This document shows positions 38,761 to 49,040 of a stretch of DNA of 64,000 nt, in pieces. The DNA lies in contig JAYWIR010000011.1 in NCBI GenBank assembly GCA_036172245.1, forward strand, positions 3,224,001-3,288,000, read 5' to 3'. This DNA comes from Raillietiella orientalis (lineage: Eukaryota). The translations under genes were made by a program, and so were the position numbers. The notes under the pieces are model-generated. The model did not search any database. It saw only the letters and a list, made by a program, of their open reading frames with translations, and was not told the DNA's origin. Position 1 is the stretch's first letter, and each line of letters opens with the position of its first letter.

Positions 38761-40725
38761 GGAAGGACAGAGAGATCGACTGCAGCCCCCACCCTTCCTC
38801 CGGACTCTTGTTCTTCCTGAGAGAGGGCAATGCCCCGGCGTCGCCCCTCGGGAACGAGCGAGCTTGGGTGCCTTGGTCTTCCTCAGGAGCATGATCATCT
38901 AATGCGCTCTCTCTGTCTTCAGGCGACTCTCGGTTGAATTTCGCGGGGAGATGGGTGGGCAGAGAGGAGGATAGGAATGGTAGGTCAGCGAGGCTGGACT
39001 CGGGGAGGGGTTTCCGTAGATGTCTCTCACGCGAGGAGGAAAGGGACTCCGCGCTGGTCCACTTCGCAGCAGCCTCCTCTCCTTCCTCCTCCCATCCGAA
39101 GCGCGTGACCGGCTGCCAACGTCATTCTCCGCGGGGAGACGACGGACAGGTCGCCGACGAGGCCGTAAATAAGGATGATGAATGAGCGAAGAGATTCACG
39201 AGAAAACCAAAATGCGTTTTCGGAAATGAAGTACCGATCTGCTTACGTAACTCGCAAACCATTTCCCCATGGCGACCTCCATTCATCTCTACGTCAAGAG
39301 AGCGCCTTGGCACGCCGAGCCGTTCGAGATTTACGGGGGACTCGACGGGCTCCTCCGTTCAGGAGGCTGCGGTGCTGTTGCGCAAGAAGCGCGATTTATC
39401 TTGCGCGGTGCCTTGGCCAGCCATCCCGGCGACACGCGCGCGCGCACGCGCGGCGGAGAGAGGAGAAGGGCAGCTGTGGAGAAAGCGGAAGGGGGAGGTT
39501 GCGGAGCGCGCCCTCCAGGCGAAGGAGTGCCCGCAGGATCGGTTGTGCGGCGAGAAGAGTGGATCCGGGAAGGCGCACCCGTCTCTCTGAACGAGCCAGC
39601 TCCGCCACTGTGCTCGATCGCAGTAGCAGCATCGGAGGCAGCAGGTGGGAGGGAGAACTGCTGCCGCCATGGAGATGCGAGCAAAACCCGCTCCACCCAT
39701 GGGGGGAGGGGGAGAAGAGGAAGAAGACTGGCAGGCCATAGGGATGCACGAACCGAGGGTCAGAGACCTGCGCACCGTGCACAGGTCTGGCGATCCGTGG
39801 CGCCGCTTGCGGCCCGCCTAAACGCAGCATCCGAGGAAACATTCCCGAGGCTGCTCGACCCGCCGCCGTCAGGCGCATCGGATAGAGAGGGAACCCAGAG
39901 GCACCTGGAGACGACTGGGCGGCGGGAGAAGGGGCGGAGACGCCACACCCCCATCTCCACTCTCCCCCCTCCTCTCTCTCTTCTTCCCGCGGGTCTCTTT
40001 CGCGAACGCTCACGCCAACCGGTTTTCCTGGAACCCGGAGGGGGCTGTGAAAGGGATCGCCGAAAAGAAGAGCCGAGATGACCCGGGTAAATGAGGCTGG
40101 GGACGCGCGCAGCAGCTGGGAGCAGAGGGAAGTTCCCCGGAGGCGCCTTGGAAGATGATGACTCCCCGAGCCCCCGGCCGGCGGGAAGAAGCAGGCCGGA
40201 AGGGGCTGCGCAGCCGGTCTCCGGGGCTCTTGCCCTTCCGCAGCCCGAGAACGCCCTACGCGGAGTCCCTCGCTCTGCCCTCCTTCACCTCCCCTTACCG
40301 CCGGACGCCATGAGTCACGCGAGTCCCAGGGTGGCCGCTGGCTTCGTGGCGCCCCCTCTCTCCCTCATCCGGCCGCGGGCACCGAACGGAGAATCCGCAG
40401 AGCCGCCTCGTAGCTGGCAGCTGCCTTCGAACTACTGGCAACGCGGAGGGCGCCCGCTCTGCCCTTCCCCGCGCCGCCGAAGGACCGCAGGGATGAAAAA
40501 GAAGGGGGAGGGGAGGAGGAGGAGGGAGCGGAGGCCTTGAAAGGCACGGATTGCCCAACACGTGGGTGATTCACTCCGAACGGCTTGATCAGTCTGGGTC
40601 CTCCTGGACTCTCCAGCCGGGGCCACAGGCAGAGAAAGCACGCGCGCGCGCGGATGCCGGGAGGTGGCAGGCGGACAGCGACTTCCGGAGCAGGAAGGAA
40701 GGGGAAAGGACGAAAGGTGGAAGAA

Positions 40726-40761
40726 AAGGAAGGAAGGAAGGAAGGAAGGAAGGAAGGAAGG
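40726..40761. repeat. (AAGG)9 microsatellite
   Basis: Direct reading. Confidence 0.9.
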
Positions 40762-43010
40762 AAATGCTACCGCCGGTGCTGTGCCGTCGTCCCGTTTCCA
40801 GGAGTCCCTTCCTCCCATTCCTCTCCCAAATAGGCTGAGGATGTTCCTTCCTGCGGGAGCGAAGAGAAGAAGAGAAGACGTGGATTTTCCGACGACCGTC
40901 AGATCCGCTCCTCAGTCCCTTCCATCTCCTCCGGTTCGCTCGACTTTTCTCTTTTCCAGGATCCCCCCGCAGCCTCCTCTGGCTTCCAGGAGAACCGGCA
41001 GGTGTCGGTGTTCGAGGGAGAAATCCGCGGGTGGAAGGGATCGAGGAAGGGGGCAATGGCGATGGGAGTGCGGCGTCTCCTGGAAAGATGCGCTCGGCGC
41101 GCCGTCTCTCCTCTTCCTCCTCCTTCCCTGCCGTTCTCTTCGTGCCGCTCGAGAGAGCGAGGGAGAGCGCTTCGGGAAAAAGGCGCGTTCCCCACGCTAC
41201 TCCTCTCTTGGATTCGACCGAGGGGGAAGGTGTGAGGGGGGGAGTAGGGACAGGGACGATGGACCGCACCCAACGCGCCACCGCACGGCAGGGTTCACAA
41301 GTCCGCAGCATCGGAGAAGCGCCGCTCGTACTGAAAACAGCTGGTCCACGGACCTCCGGGAGGCGAGCCCTCCTCTGCTCCCGGACAGCGCCCGAGGAGG
41401 CGGTGGGGTTCCTGCGCAGCCCGACAACCCGGAAACCATTTGCTTCCATCTCCCCGCCACCCCGCGCAGGTGAAACCTTCCGTTCCTGCTTCGGCGTGCG
41501 GGAAGAAACAAGGTGCGCGCGACCCGGAGAGGCGCGCCCTCTCTTCCCTTTTCGGGAGTCAAGGAAGGCAGTGGTGGCGTCTCCGCCGACCCTTTTCGCC
41601 GCCTAGGATGCCGATGGGAGAAGGAAGCGACCCGGCGCTCTCGGAGAACGCCAGTGGCGGTCGGTTGCCACTCGCTCCACGCGTAGGGAGAGCCGGGGCT
41701 CGTCCTCAGACAGGATTCCTCAAACCTCCCTGGAAAGTAAAACGGGACGAGGGAGTGGGCTAATGTCAGAGTGCGGCGTCGCGCAGAATCACCGAAAAAT
41801 AGAGGGAAGGCGGAGGGCGGTACTTCCTGGGTTCCCCCACGTTCAGGGGCGATTCACCCCGCCGGGAAGGGTGGAAGACCTGCGAATTCCCCTTCCCCTT
41901 ATCCATCGCCTGCCCGGTCCGCAGCACTGAGAGCAACATTTAACCGCCACCAATGGACTCACCGGTCGGTGGCTTCCCTCTCTATGGACTCACCTTCCTC
42001 TCCCACCCCAGGTGCTGGCTCCCATTACTCGTGGGCCTGGAGCCTCTCTGCGCCATACATTTCCTCTTCTCCCCCTCATGGGAACGCTCCCCCTTGAAGG
42101 GTGCCGCTCTCTTCCTCTGCCCGGCCTAGAGGCGGAAGGGAGCGGCACGTTCTTCATCGAGCAGGGGGCGCCCAAGACCAGTCGCCACCGCGATGCAAAG
42201 GATTTCCTAGGGGAACGGAAGGGGGGGGGGAAGTGGAAGGAGAAGAAGCGTCCTCACACCTTAAAGAGGAAGGACGCTTCTCAAATACTTCATCGAAATC
42301 ATACTTCATCAGGATCTTTGATAGAGTGTGATTCTCACGAAACACCCTAAACAGGGAGCTCAGGGTGTTCCCGCCTACTGCCTGGAGGCCCTGCCATCCT
42401 TGCCTGCACCCCGAGGCAATGCTGGTTCCGCTGCTGCCAGTGGGAGATCAGGGGATCAGAGGAATGTCGTGGGTGGAGGTGCTTACGAGGCTCACAATGA
42501 GCGGCGAGTGGAAGGAGAAAGGGAAGGAAAGGGGGAGGGATGAAGAGAGAGGAATGGGAGCCCTTGAAGGGAATTTCGTGCATGAGAGGGAGAGGAACCG
42601 TGTGCACGCTCGAAGAATGGCAGATGGGGAAGCTGAAGAACAGAGAGTTAGGGGATGTAGTGCTCGGGTTGCCTTGGACGCTTCCTGAGGGGACCCCTGG
42701 ATCCTTGGAAGATGGGAAGGATGCCGCTCTCAGAGGTGGCAGCCTTCTCAAGAGAGAAAGCAGCGTCACTGACGATGCGGGATGTGCGGGCAGGGGGGGC
42801 GGTCCGCTGACAGCACAATTCCCGATGGCGGAATGTCAGGTCGCAGCGTCCCAGGTTGCAGGAGAAGGGAGGGGCGGCGGACGCGAGGCTTGCTCCTCGC
42901 ATCCATGGAAACGGGCTGTTCCGCTCGTCCTTTCTCTCCTACCCCGGCCCAACTCGGGCGCGCACGGACGTCGCACGCAATCCGCGGCAACCACGCGAGC
43001 TCTTTTTTCT

Positions 43011-43097
43011 CACGCTGTTGGGGAAGACCTGACCATACAGCTTGCCGACCCGACCGGACCCGCCTTCCCGGAGAGAAAGGTCTCCGTCGTCACCGCT
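43011..43097 (+). pseudogene. Decayed M12B prodomain fragment (exon 3-like)
   Basis: HAVGEDLTIQLADPTGPAFPERKVSVVTA vs SAFGTNMALNLEPNDDLLKNGKKVKLFYA. Confidence 0.4.
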
Positions 43098-43544
43098 GGT
43101 CCACCTGAGCGCCTGAAACCCCCCAGGGACCACTCTGTCGTACGCCTACTCCTCCTCCTCCTCCACAGCTGCCGGAGGGATCTCCCGAAGCCTCCCGCAC
43201 AGGAAGTGGCGCGGCCACAAAATTCGGCCACGCCCCTCGCCTCCGCGGCTGCCATTGCTTTTCCTCCTCCGCCGCCCTCTCCCCCTCCTCGTCCTTAAGC
43301 GATCTCTGACCGCGTTACGCGCGCCCGTCTCTCGGCAATGAACCTTTCCGCTCGCACCTCCTCTTCCTCTCTCCCTTCCTCCCCAGTTTCATTCCCTTCT
43401 GGCGGGGGTCGCTGTTCGATCCGGCTCTTTCCTCGCTGAGAAGGAAGAGATCGGGAGAAGGTACGCGGCAGGCCGGGCTCTGCCTGGGACAGGCTGCTAA
43501 GAGAGGACGGCCCTCTCCCTTTCTCCCCGCAGACTTCAGAAGTG

Positions 43545-44030
43545 GGAAGGGTCCACCCGAGATCCTGGGCGAAAATACAGGCAGATGGAGGTCGCTCACT
43601 TTCTTTCCCTTGAAGAAATTTTCTTTGGCGGGGAACGGAGGGAAATCGAGGGGATGGACCTGGATGTCCCCTTCCCTTTTCCCCTCTCTGGTGCTGCCTC
43701 CCGGTGAGCGAGCGAACGAAGTCGCCCTTGGAACCCGCGAAAGGCGAGCACCTTTCTTGGCCTCCCGCAGGCCACGCCTCCTCCTCCCCCGCTCCTCGCC
43801 ACCAATCAGTCGAAAAAAGAAAGAAGAAAACCAGGAGGAAGGTCTTCAGGTCAGGAAAAACGCCGCAGCCGCCACTTTTTTTTTTTTTGCATGCTCCGAA
43901 AGGAAGGCGATCGAAGAGCTTCTCCCGCTTCTCCGATCGGCAGCATCCCGCAAAGTGAAGCGTCATGGGTTTTAATAGAAGGGCGGGATCGCGGGACAAC
44001 GGTACAGCGCTCGGCCACCTCTGTAAGAGC
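43545..44030 (-). pseudogene. Decayed M12B catalytic-domain relic (R10)
   Basis: One frame: RWPSAVPLSR..MTLHFAG (FWNGVDLR..VKLSVAG), STDWWR (KLDMCR), AWPAGG (AYVGG), IFAQDLGWTL (VAAHELGHLL). Confidence 0.5.
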
Positions 44031-46239
44031 GGTCTCCCTTTATGAAGTCCTCTCTCTATACCCTCCCCCTCCGCCTCTCCGTGGACGGCAACCCCGTGGC
44101 TCTCTTCCCTCACGAGTTTCGTACAAGATAGGTGCCTTCCCTCTCCGGCGGACTGCCGTGCCCCATCGCGAGGGTGCGCGCTCAGAACAGGGGGACGGGA
44201 CGGCCGCCTCCCTGGGAGACGGCTAAGAGGAGAGAGAGAGGGGGGGGGGGGAACCCACCAGCCTCTGCGGTCACAGCACTCGCAAGCAGGTTCACGAGAC
44301 GAACAGGTAGAAGAAAAAAAAAAGAAAGGGAACAAGGGAGTAGGAGGGGGAAGGGATGGGAGTGGAAGGAAATCGAGAGGAGGAGAAGATGATGAAAACA
44401 AGCAATGGATTGGCCGAGTCGTCTCAAAGTAAGAATCAGCTTTCGGAAGGAACGAGTGCCAGCAGTCCGCACCGATGCAAGAAGACTTTCCCTTCCCCGT
44501 TTCCCGGTGGCGCCGCCACTGCTCAGAGCTCGATCCGCGAGGTGGGAAAAAGCGGGAGAGGGTCCTCGGAGGCGGAGGAGGAGGCGGGAGACAGAAAGAG
44601 TCCCTACCACGGTGAGGAAAGCGGGGAAAGGGGGGGGGGAGAGAAGGAGCAGAGCTACGCGTAAGGTGGCCCCTCCCGGGCCGGTGCGGAACGGAGAGGG
44701 AGCGGAGGCGCCTCCGCAGCTCTGAGGAGCTCTCCGAGCGACGGCAGAGGTGCTGCAGGGGGACGTAAGGCGCCTCCTGCGGAAACGTGACGGCCGGAGA
44801 AGAAGAAGGGAAAAGACGGTCCTCCTCCGTGGCGACCTCTCCGGGCGCAGCGGGGCTTTCGCAACGCGGACGGTTTCCGCATTTCTTTCACTCGCAGACG
44901 GTCCTTCGCCGCCATCCGCAAGGCTCCGAAACACGGCGGCCTCCGGACGAGAATTCGAAAGTCGTCCGGAGCCGGCGGGAGGCGAAGAGGAGGCGCAAAC
45001 CGGGCGGCGCGGGCGGATCTTGCGTGTACGGGAGCCGGCGCGCGGATGAGCCGGGCGGAGAGCACGCCACGGGGAGAGTTCAGGAAAAAAAAAAAAGAGC
45101 ACGTTCCTTTCTCGAGACGCCCCTTCAAGGGTCAGTGGCCCCTCCTTCTCCCACCGCCCACCTCGGGCACAAGAAGACCGACCTCTGCTGCTGTCATGCT
45201 GGTGGCGCCAACTCACAAGAAGGATCTCGAGTTGGGAGGCGCTCGAGTCTGCTCTGCAAGCTCCTTCCTTGGGACGCTTCCCGAAGGCGCCCGAGGACCG
45301 GGACGGCTCTGTGGGAGGCTCGGCCCGTCCGCCCGAGGTTGTTGCGGCACGGCTGCTTGCGGGTGGGGGTCTCCGCGGTTCGCACTGGACCGGCGAGGTG
45401 TTCTTTTGGGCTCCCCAGGGGTACTTCCCATTGACCCTTTATCCTTTTTTTCCGCCGGGAAAAATTAGAAAGATAATGGACCAATGAAGCTAATTCCAGG
45501 GGAAGGTCTTCCCATCCAACCCTGCTCCTCTCCACTCGGCGCGGGTTCCTGGGATTCCCTGAATTGTCCAAGCCCGGACGAAAACAGAGGAAGAAGAGGG
45601 GCAAGGGAGGACATGAACGAAAGGAAACGAGAGGAAGGGAACAGCAGCTGAGCGTTGTTCCCTACCTTTCCTTTCTCCCTCGTTCATCCTCAGGGTGCGA
45701 TTTGCCACCTCGCCCGAAACACGGAGGGCACCCCAGACGATGCGAGGGGCAAGGGGCAAGGAAGGGGGGGGAGATGGGGGACAGGTTCTGGCAGAAGCAG
45801 TTAAGAGAAACTCTCCCGAAGCTGCTTCCTCCACTTCCCGTTGCCAGAGCAACAAGAACAACAACAACCACAAAATAACCAGGCGGATTCGGGCAAGGTC
45901 CTCGAAGCGCCTGGTCGTCAAGGGAGGGTGGATGAAAGAAAGGAAGGGGAGCACGCAACGAACCACTCGCTTTACTCACCTCTTGGAACCGGGGGGGATG
46001 GGGCGAACGGTGTTCTTGACACCACGGCAATTGCAGGCGGGAGGACGCGGCCTCCCCACAAAGGGGATAACGTGGAAAAAAAAAAAAAAAAAGAAGGAAA
46101 CCCTGCGAGCTGGTGCACCACTTAAGAGACCATTCTTCCTTGATGAGGACGAACCGAAATGGGAACCTCTGTAGCCGCACTTGGCATGTCACTTGGAGCC
46201 GCCAGCCAGCGTTAGTGGGAACGGCGAGGAAGGGATGTG

Positions 46240-46974
46240 GTGATGGAGGATGAGGAAGAGGAGGAGGATGAGGAAGAGGAGAAGGAGGAGGAGGAGGAGG
46301 AGGAAGAGGAGGTGAAGGAGGAAGGGAGCAGCGGTCGCATGCGTTCGGCTCCGAAGCGGCGACGGCACTACGGGGTGGTCTCTGCGGCGAGGCGCGCATA
46401 CGCACACGCACACGCACATGCACGCGCGCCGAACACCTCCGAACCGGCGACAGGTTCGTTCTCTCCCCCCGCCGCCACCACGAGGAGAACTCGCGCGGGG
46501 GAAAGCGGCCGGCGCCGCCACCGCTGCCGCTTTCTTCCGGGCGACGGCGGCGGAAGGCACGCGAGGCCGAGAGGGCGGGGTAGTGTAGAGCGGCGGTGCG
46601 CGATCGCGCGCAGCGTCTTTCACCACCACCACCACCACCACCACCACCACCACCATCGCCGTCTCCATCATCGAGTGTCCCCTCCTCCTTCCCCCTCGTT
46701 CCTTCCTCGGACGCCCGTCCCAGAGCCAGCGGCTCTGCTCCGACGGTCATCCCTCGCGCAAGCACGCTCTGTCAAGAGGAGGAGGAGGAGGAGGGGAATC
46801 TTGCCTCTCCTCCGGAGCAGCGGCGGCGGCGGCGGCGGCGGCGGCAACCCTGCCGATAGCCATGCCGACAGCGGCTGCTCTTGCCGTAACGGACAAGTGG
46901 ATGACCTACATAGCGGCTGCGGTGCGCTTCGCCGGAGACCAGCCAAGTGGGGTGGAACGGCAGGCAGGCAGGCA

Positions 46975-47001
<27 letters not shown>
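46240..47001. repeat. Cluster of trinucleotide repeats: (GAG)-rich 46240-46320, (CAC)11 46621-46653, (GAG)n ~46775-46793, (GGC)8 46822-46845, (GGC)9 46975-47001
   Basis: Direct reading; lies just upstream (- strand) of a strong donor GAG|GTGAGT at 45980/45979, so possibly 5' UTR/promoter of the protease gene. Confidence 0.85.
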
Positions 47002-47005
<4 letters not shown>

Positions 47006-47289
47006 ACCGGGCCTGACGACTTTCCCCCGCGTTCTGGCAGGGCGCAGCTGCATTGCTGGCCCCTCCCTCATCTCTTGCTCCCCTGGGATTCCTCTGGTGT
47101 CGTCCCGGGACTGACGCTTTGGTCAGGAGCACCCTCCCTGCCCTCCGACTTGGTCTCCCCGTGCGGACGCCCTCTGGACGCTTCCCGCGTGAGCGCCACG
47201 GCGGGGAGAGGCCGTCCGGTCCCATTCCCTTCCCCTAGCAGAATCGCGGACGTCCCGAGAGAATCTTCCTGAAAACCTGCGCTCGCGCA

Positions 47290-47650
47290 GCTTGGAACTG
47301 GACCGGAGGAACGGGGGCGTGTCTTCCCTCCGCCCCAGGGCGGCAGTATCCGCCATCCTCCTCAATCAGCTTCTCTGCAGGATGCCGTGGACCGAGAAGG
47401 TCCTCCAGGGAGAGTGTATCTCCTTCGAAGGGTGCGACCAACCCCCTCATCCGGAGCTGGCTGGTCGTTCGCTCCCTTGGCTTTGTCCCTGACCCGATGG
47501 CGATCGAGATGAACACGTGGAGGCTGCGCGCGCGCTCTCGAAGCTGAACCAGAGGAACGGATGCGTGTCTTCCCGAGCTCGGGAGAAGGTGCGGAGAACT
47601 CCGGAGGAGGAAGCACCGTTCTCCCGACGCCTTCTCGCGGGAACTACCAC
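47290..47650 (+). pseudogene. Decayed M12B catalytic-domain relic (R11)
   Basis: 40-residue ungapped alignment LELDRRNGGVSSLRPRAAVSAILLNQLLCRMPWTEKVLQG vs NGVDLRYKLLREPRVKLSVAGIVISKGRDATPYLERNRVG (8 identities, many conservative); DPMAIEM (DIAIAI); GCVSSRAREKV (ACVVNKRLEKV); EEEAPFSRRLLA (EDTGGFSGIIVA). Confidence 0.7.
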
Positions 47651-48449
47651 TCTCCTCTTCCCCCGCGAGCCGGAAGTAGGTGAAGAGAGTGCCGTCTCCT
47701 TCGGGACCCGCCCCAGCACACCCTCGTTTTCCGCTTTTTGTTCTCACCCTTCCACTCTCCCTCTCCTAGGGCAAGTCGGGTGGTTCGTTCGTTTCCTCCG
47801 GGCACGGTCGGCCCTAGGTACGAGTGGCGCGCTCTACTCGGAGCGGACGGGGAAGACGCGGGTGTGCCGCTAGGGCGGCTAGCTGGCACGGGATATCAGA
47901 CCCAAGGGACACCCCTATTAAGACTCCCTCGCCGTCTCGCTAGACTGTGTCTCCCTTCACGAAGGTGCACCACCGAAGGTGGCGATGACGACTCCCGGCC
48001 CGTTCCCTCGGGACCGCTCAGTGGCCATCCACCTTCCTCCTCGCCACCGGTGCGAAACGCGCGCGCACGCGCGGGCTCCGTTCCATCCGAGACGTCCGCC
48101 GACCGGGAGGTCGCCGGCCGTCCCGCTGCCGACAGCCCTGCGTTCTTGTGCAATGGCTTTTGTTGGGAAATCCCCCGAAATCGCTGAAGTATACAAAAGA
48201 TAATGGGAGCATGAAAAAGGCAGGACTCCCGTCTTTGTCTCGCCTCCTCCCCCTCCCCGAAGCTCTCGCGCTCCGCGGCTCGGGGAAGCTCCTTGAGTCC
48301 TTCTCCTCCGCTCCCCTGCGCCGCTCCTCTTTCCAGGGTGGGCACCCCGAACCTGTGCATGCCGTGCACGCCGGGGAGGGAGGGAGGGGAAAGGGATAGG
48401 AAGGACGGTGCGCGGACTTGGCGATCTAGCAATCCCCGGGAATGAATGC

Positions 48450-49040
48450 ACGCACCCTGCCACGTCCTCCCTCTTGGTCGACGGCCCAGCTTTGGACTCG
48501 TCCGAGGCGCCCTGCCACGGGCACCTCTGCGGCTTGTCGCGCGCCTGGCTCCCAGATTCTGCGCCTCCGGATCCACCGTCGCTTGCGGACGGCCTCGTGT
48601 GGCAGCGGCAACAGCTGCTTTCTGTCCTTCGACCACAGAGTAGGGGGGGGTGCCGGAAGTCGAAAATGCCTTGCGTCCCATTCCTCCCAGCACTGAACCG
48701 CCGCCATGCTGGACGAGGTCGGGATTCCGCAGTTGGACTTCTATTTCGGGTGTCACTCTTCCGAGAGTCAAAGACTGGAGCTTGGAAATGCCGCGCGTGA
48801 AATGGCAGGAGCTGCTGTCCCTCTCCCTCCCCGCTATAGGCTACAGCTGGGCCAGCGGGAGAACCACGGAGGGACCCCGGAATGACCGCAAGGTATTCTC
48901 GCGTTCTGGGACGCTTGCGTTCCTTCCTCCTTCGGATGGACCGCGTCCGAAGCCGCCGTCCCTTGAGGCCCCGGAAGGGCTGGACGGCCTGGGAGGGCGT
49001 CCGTTCCGAGGCCCACCCCTGGGAAACTCATCGCAGGACG
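48450..49040 (+). pseudogene. Decayed M12B catalytic-domain relic (R12)
   Basis: THPATSSLLVD (IYPEILIFVD), LPRVKDWSLEM (LPTYDIAIAI), AIGYSWASG (TAGFAYVGG), RKVFS (EKVNS), GPPLGNSSQD (GHLLGAVHD), in order. Confidence 0.5.

Noticed and set aside
46189..46330. Poly-Leu stretch as the signal peptide of the protease
   Set aside because: It is a translated (CTC)n repeat; a proper in-phase signal-peptide exon exists at 38111-38037.
18330..49040. Relics as functional mutually exclusive exon cassettes (Dscam-like)
   Set aside because: Many are antisense, most are frameshifted, they lack matching splice sites and all have lost the zinc ligands.
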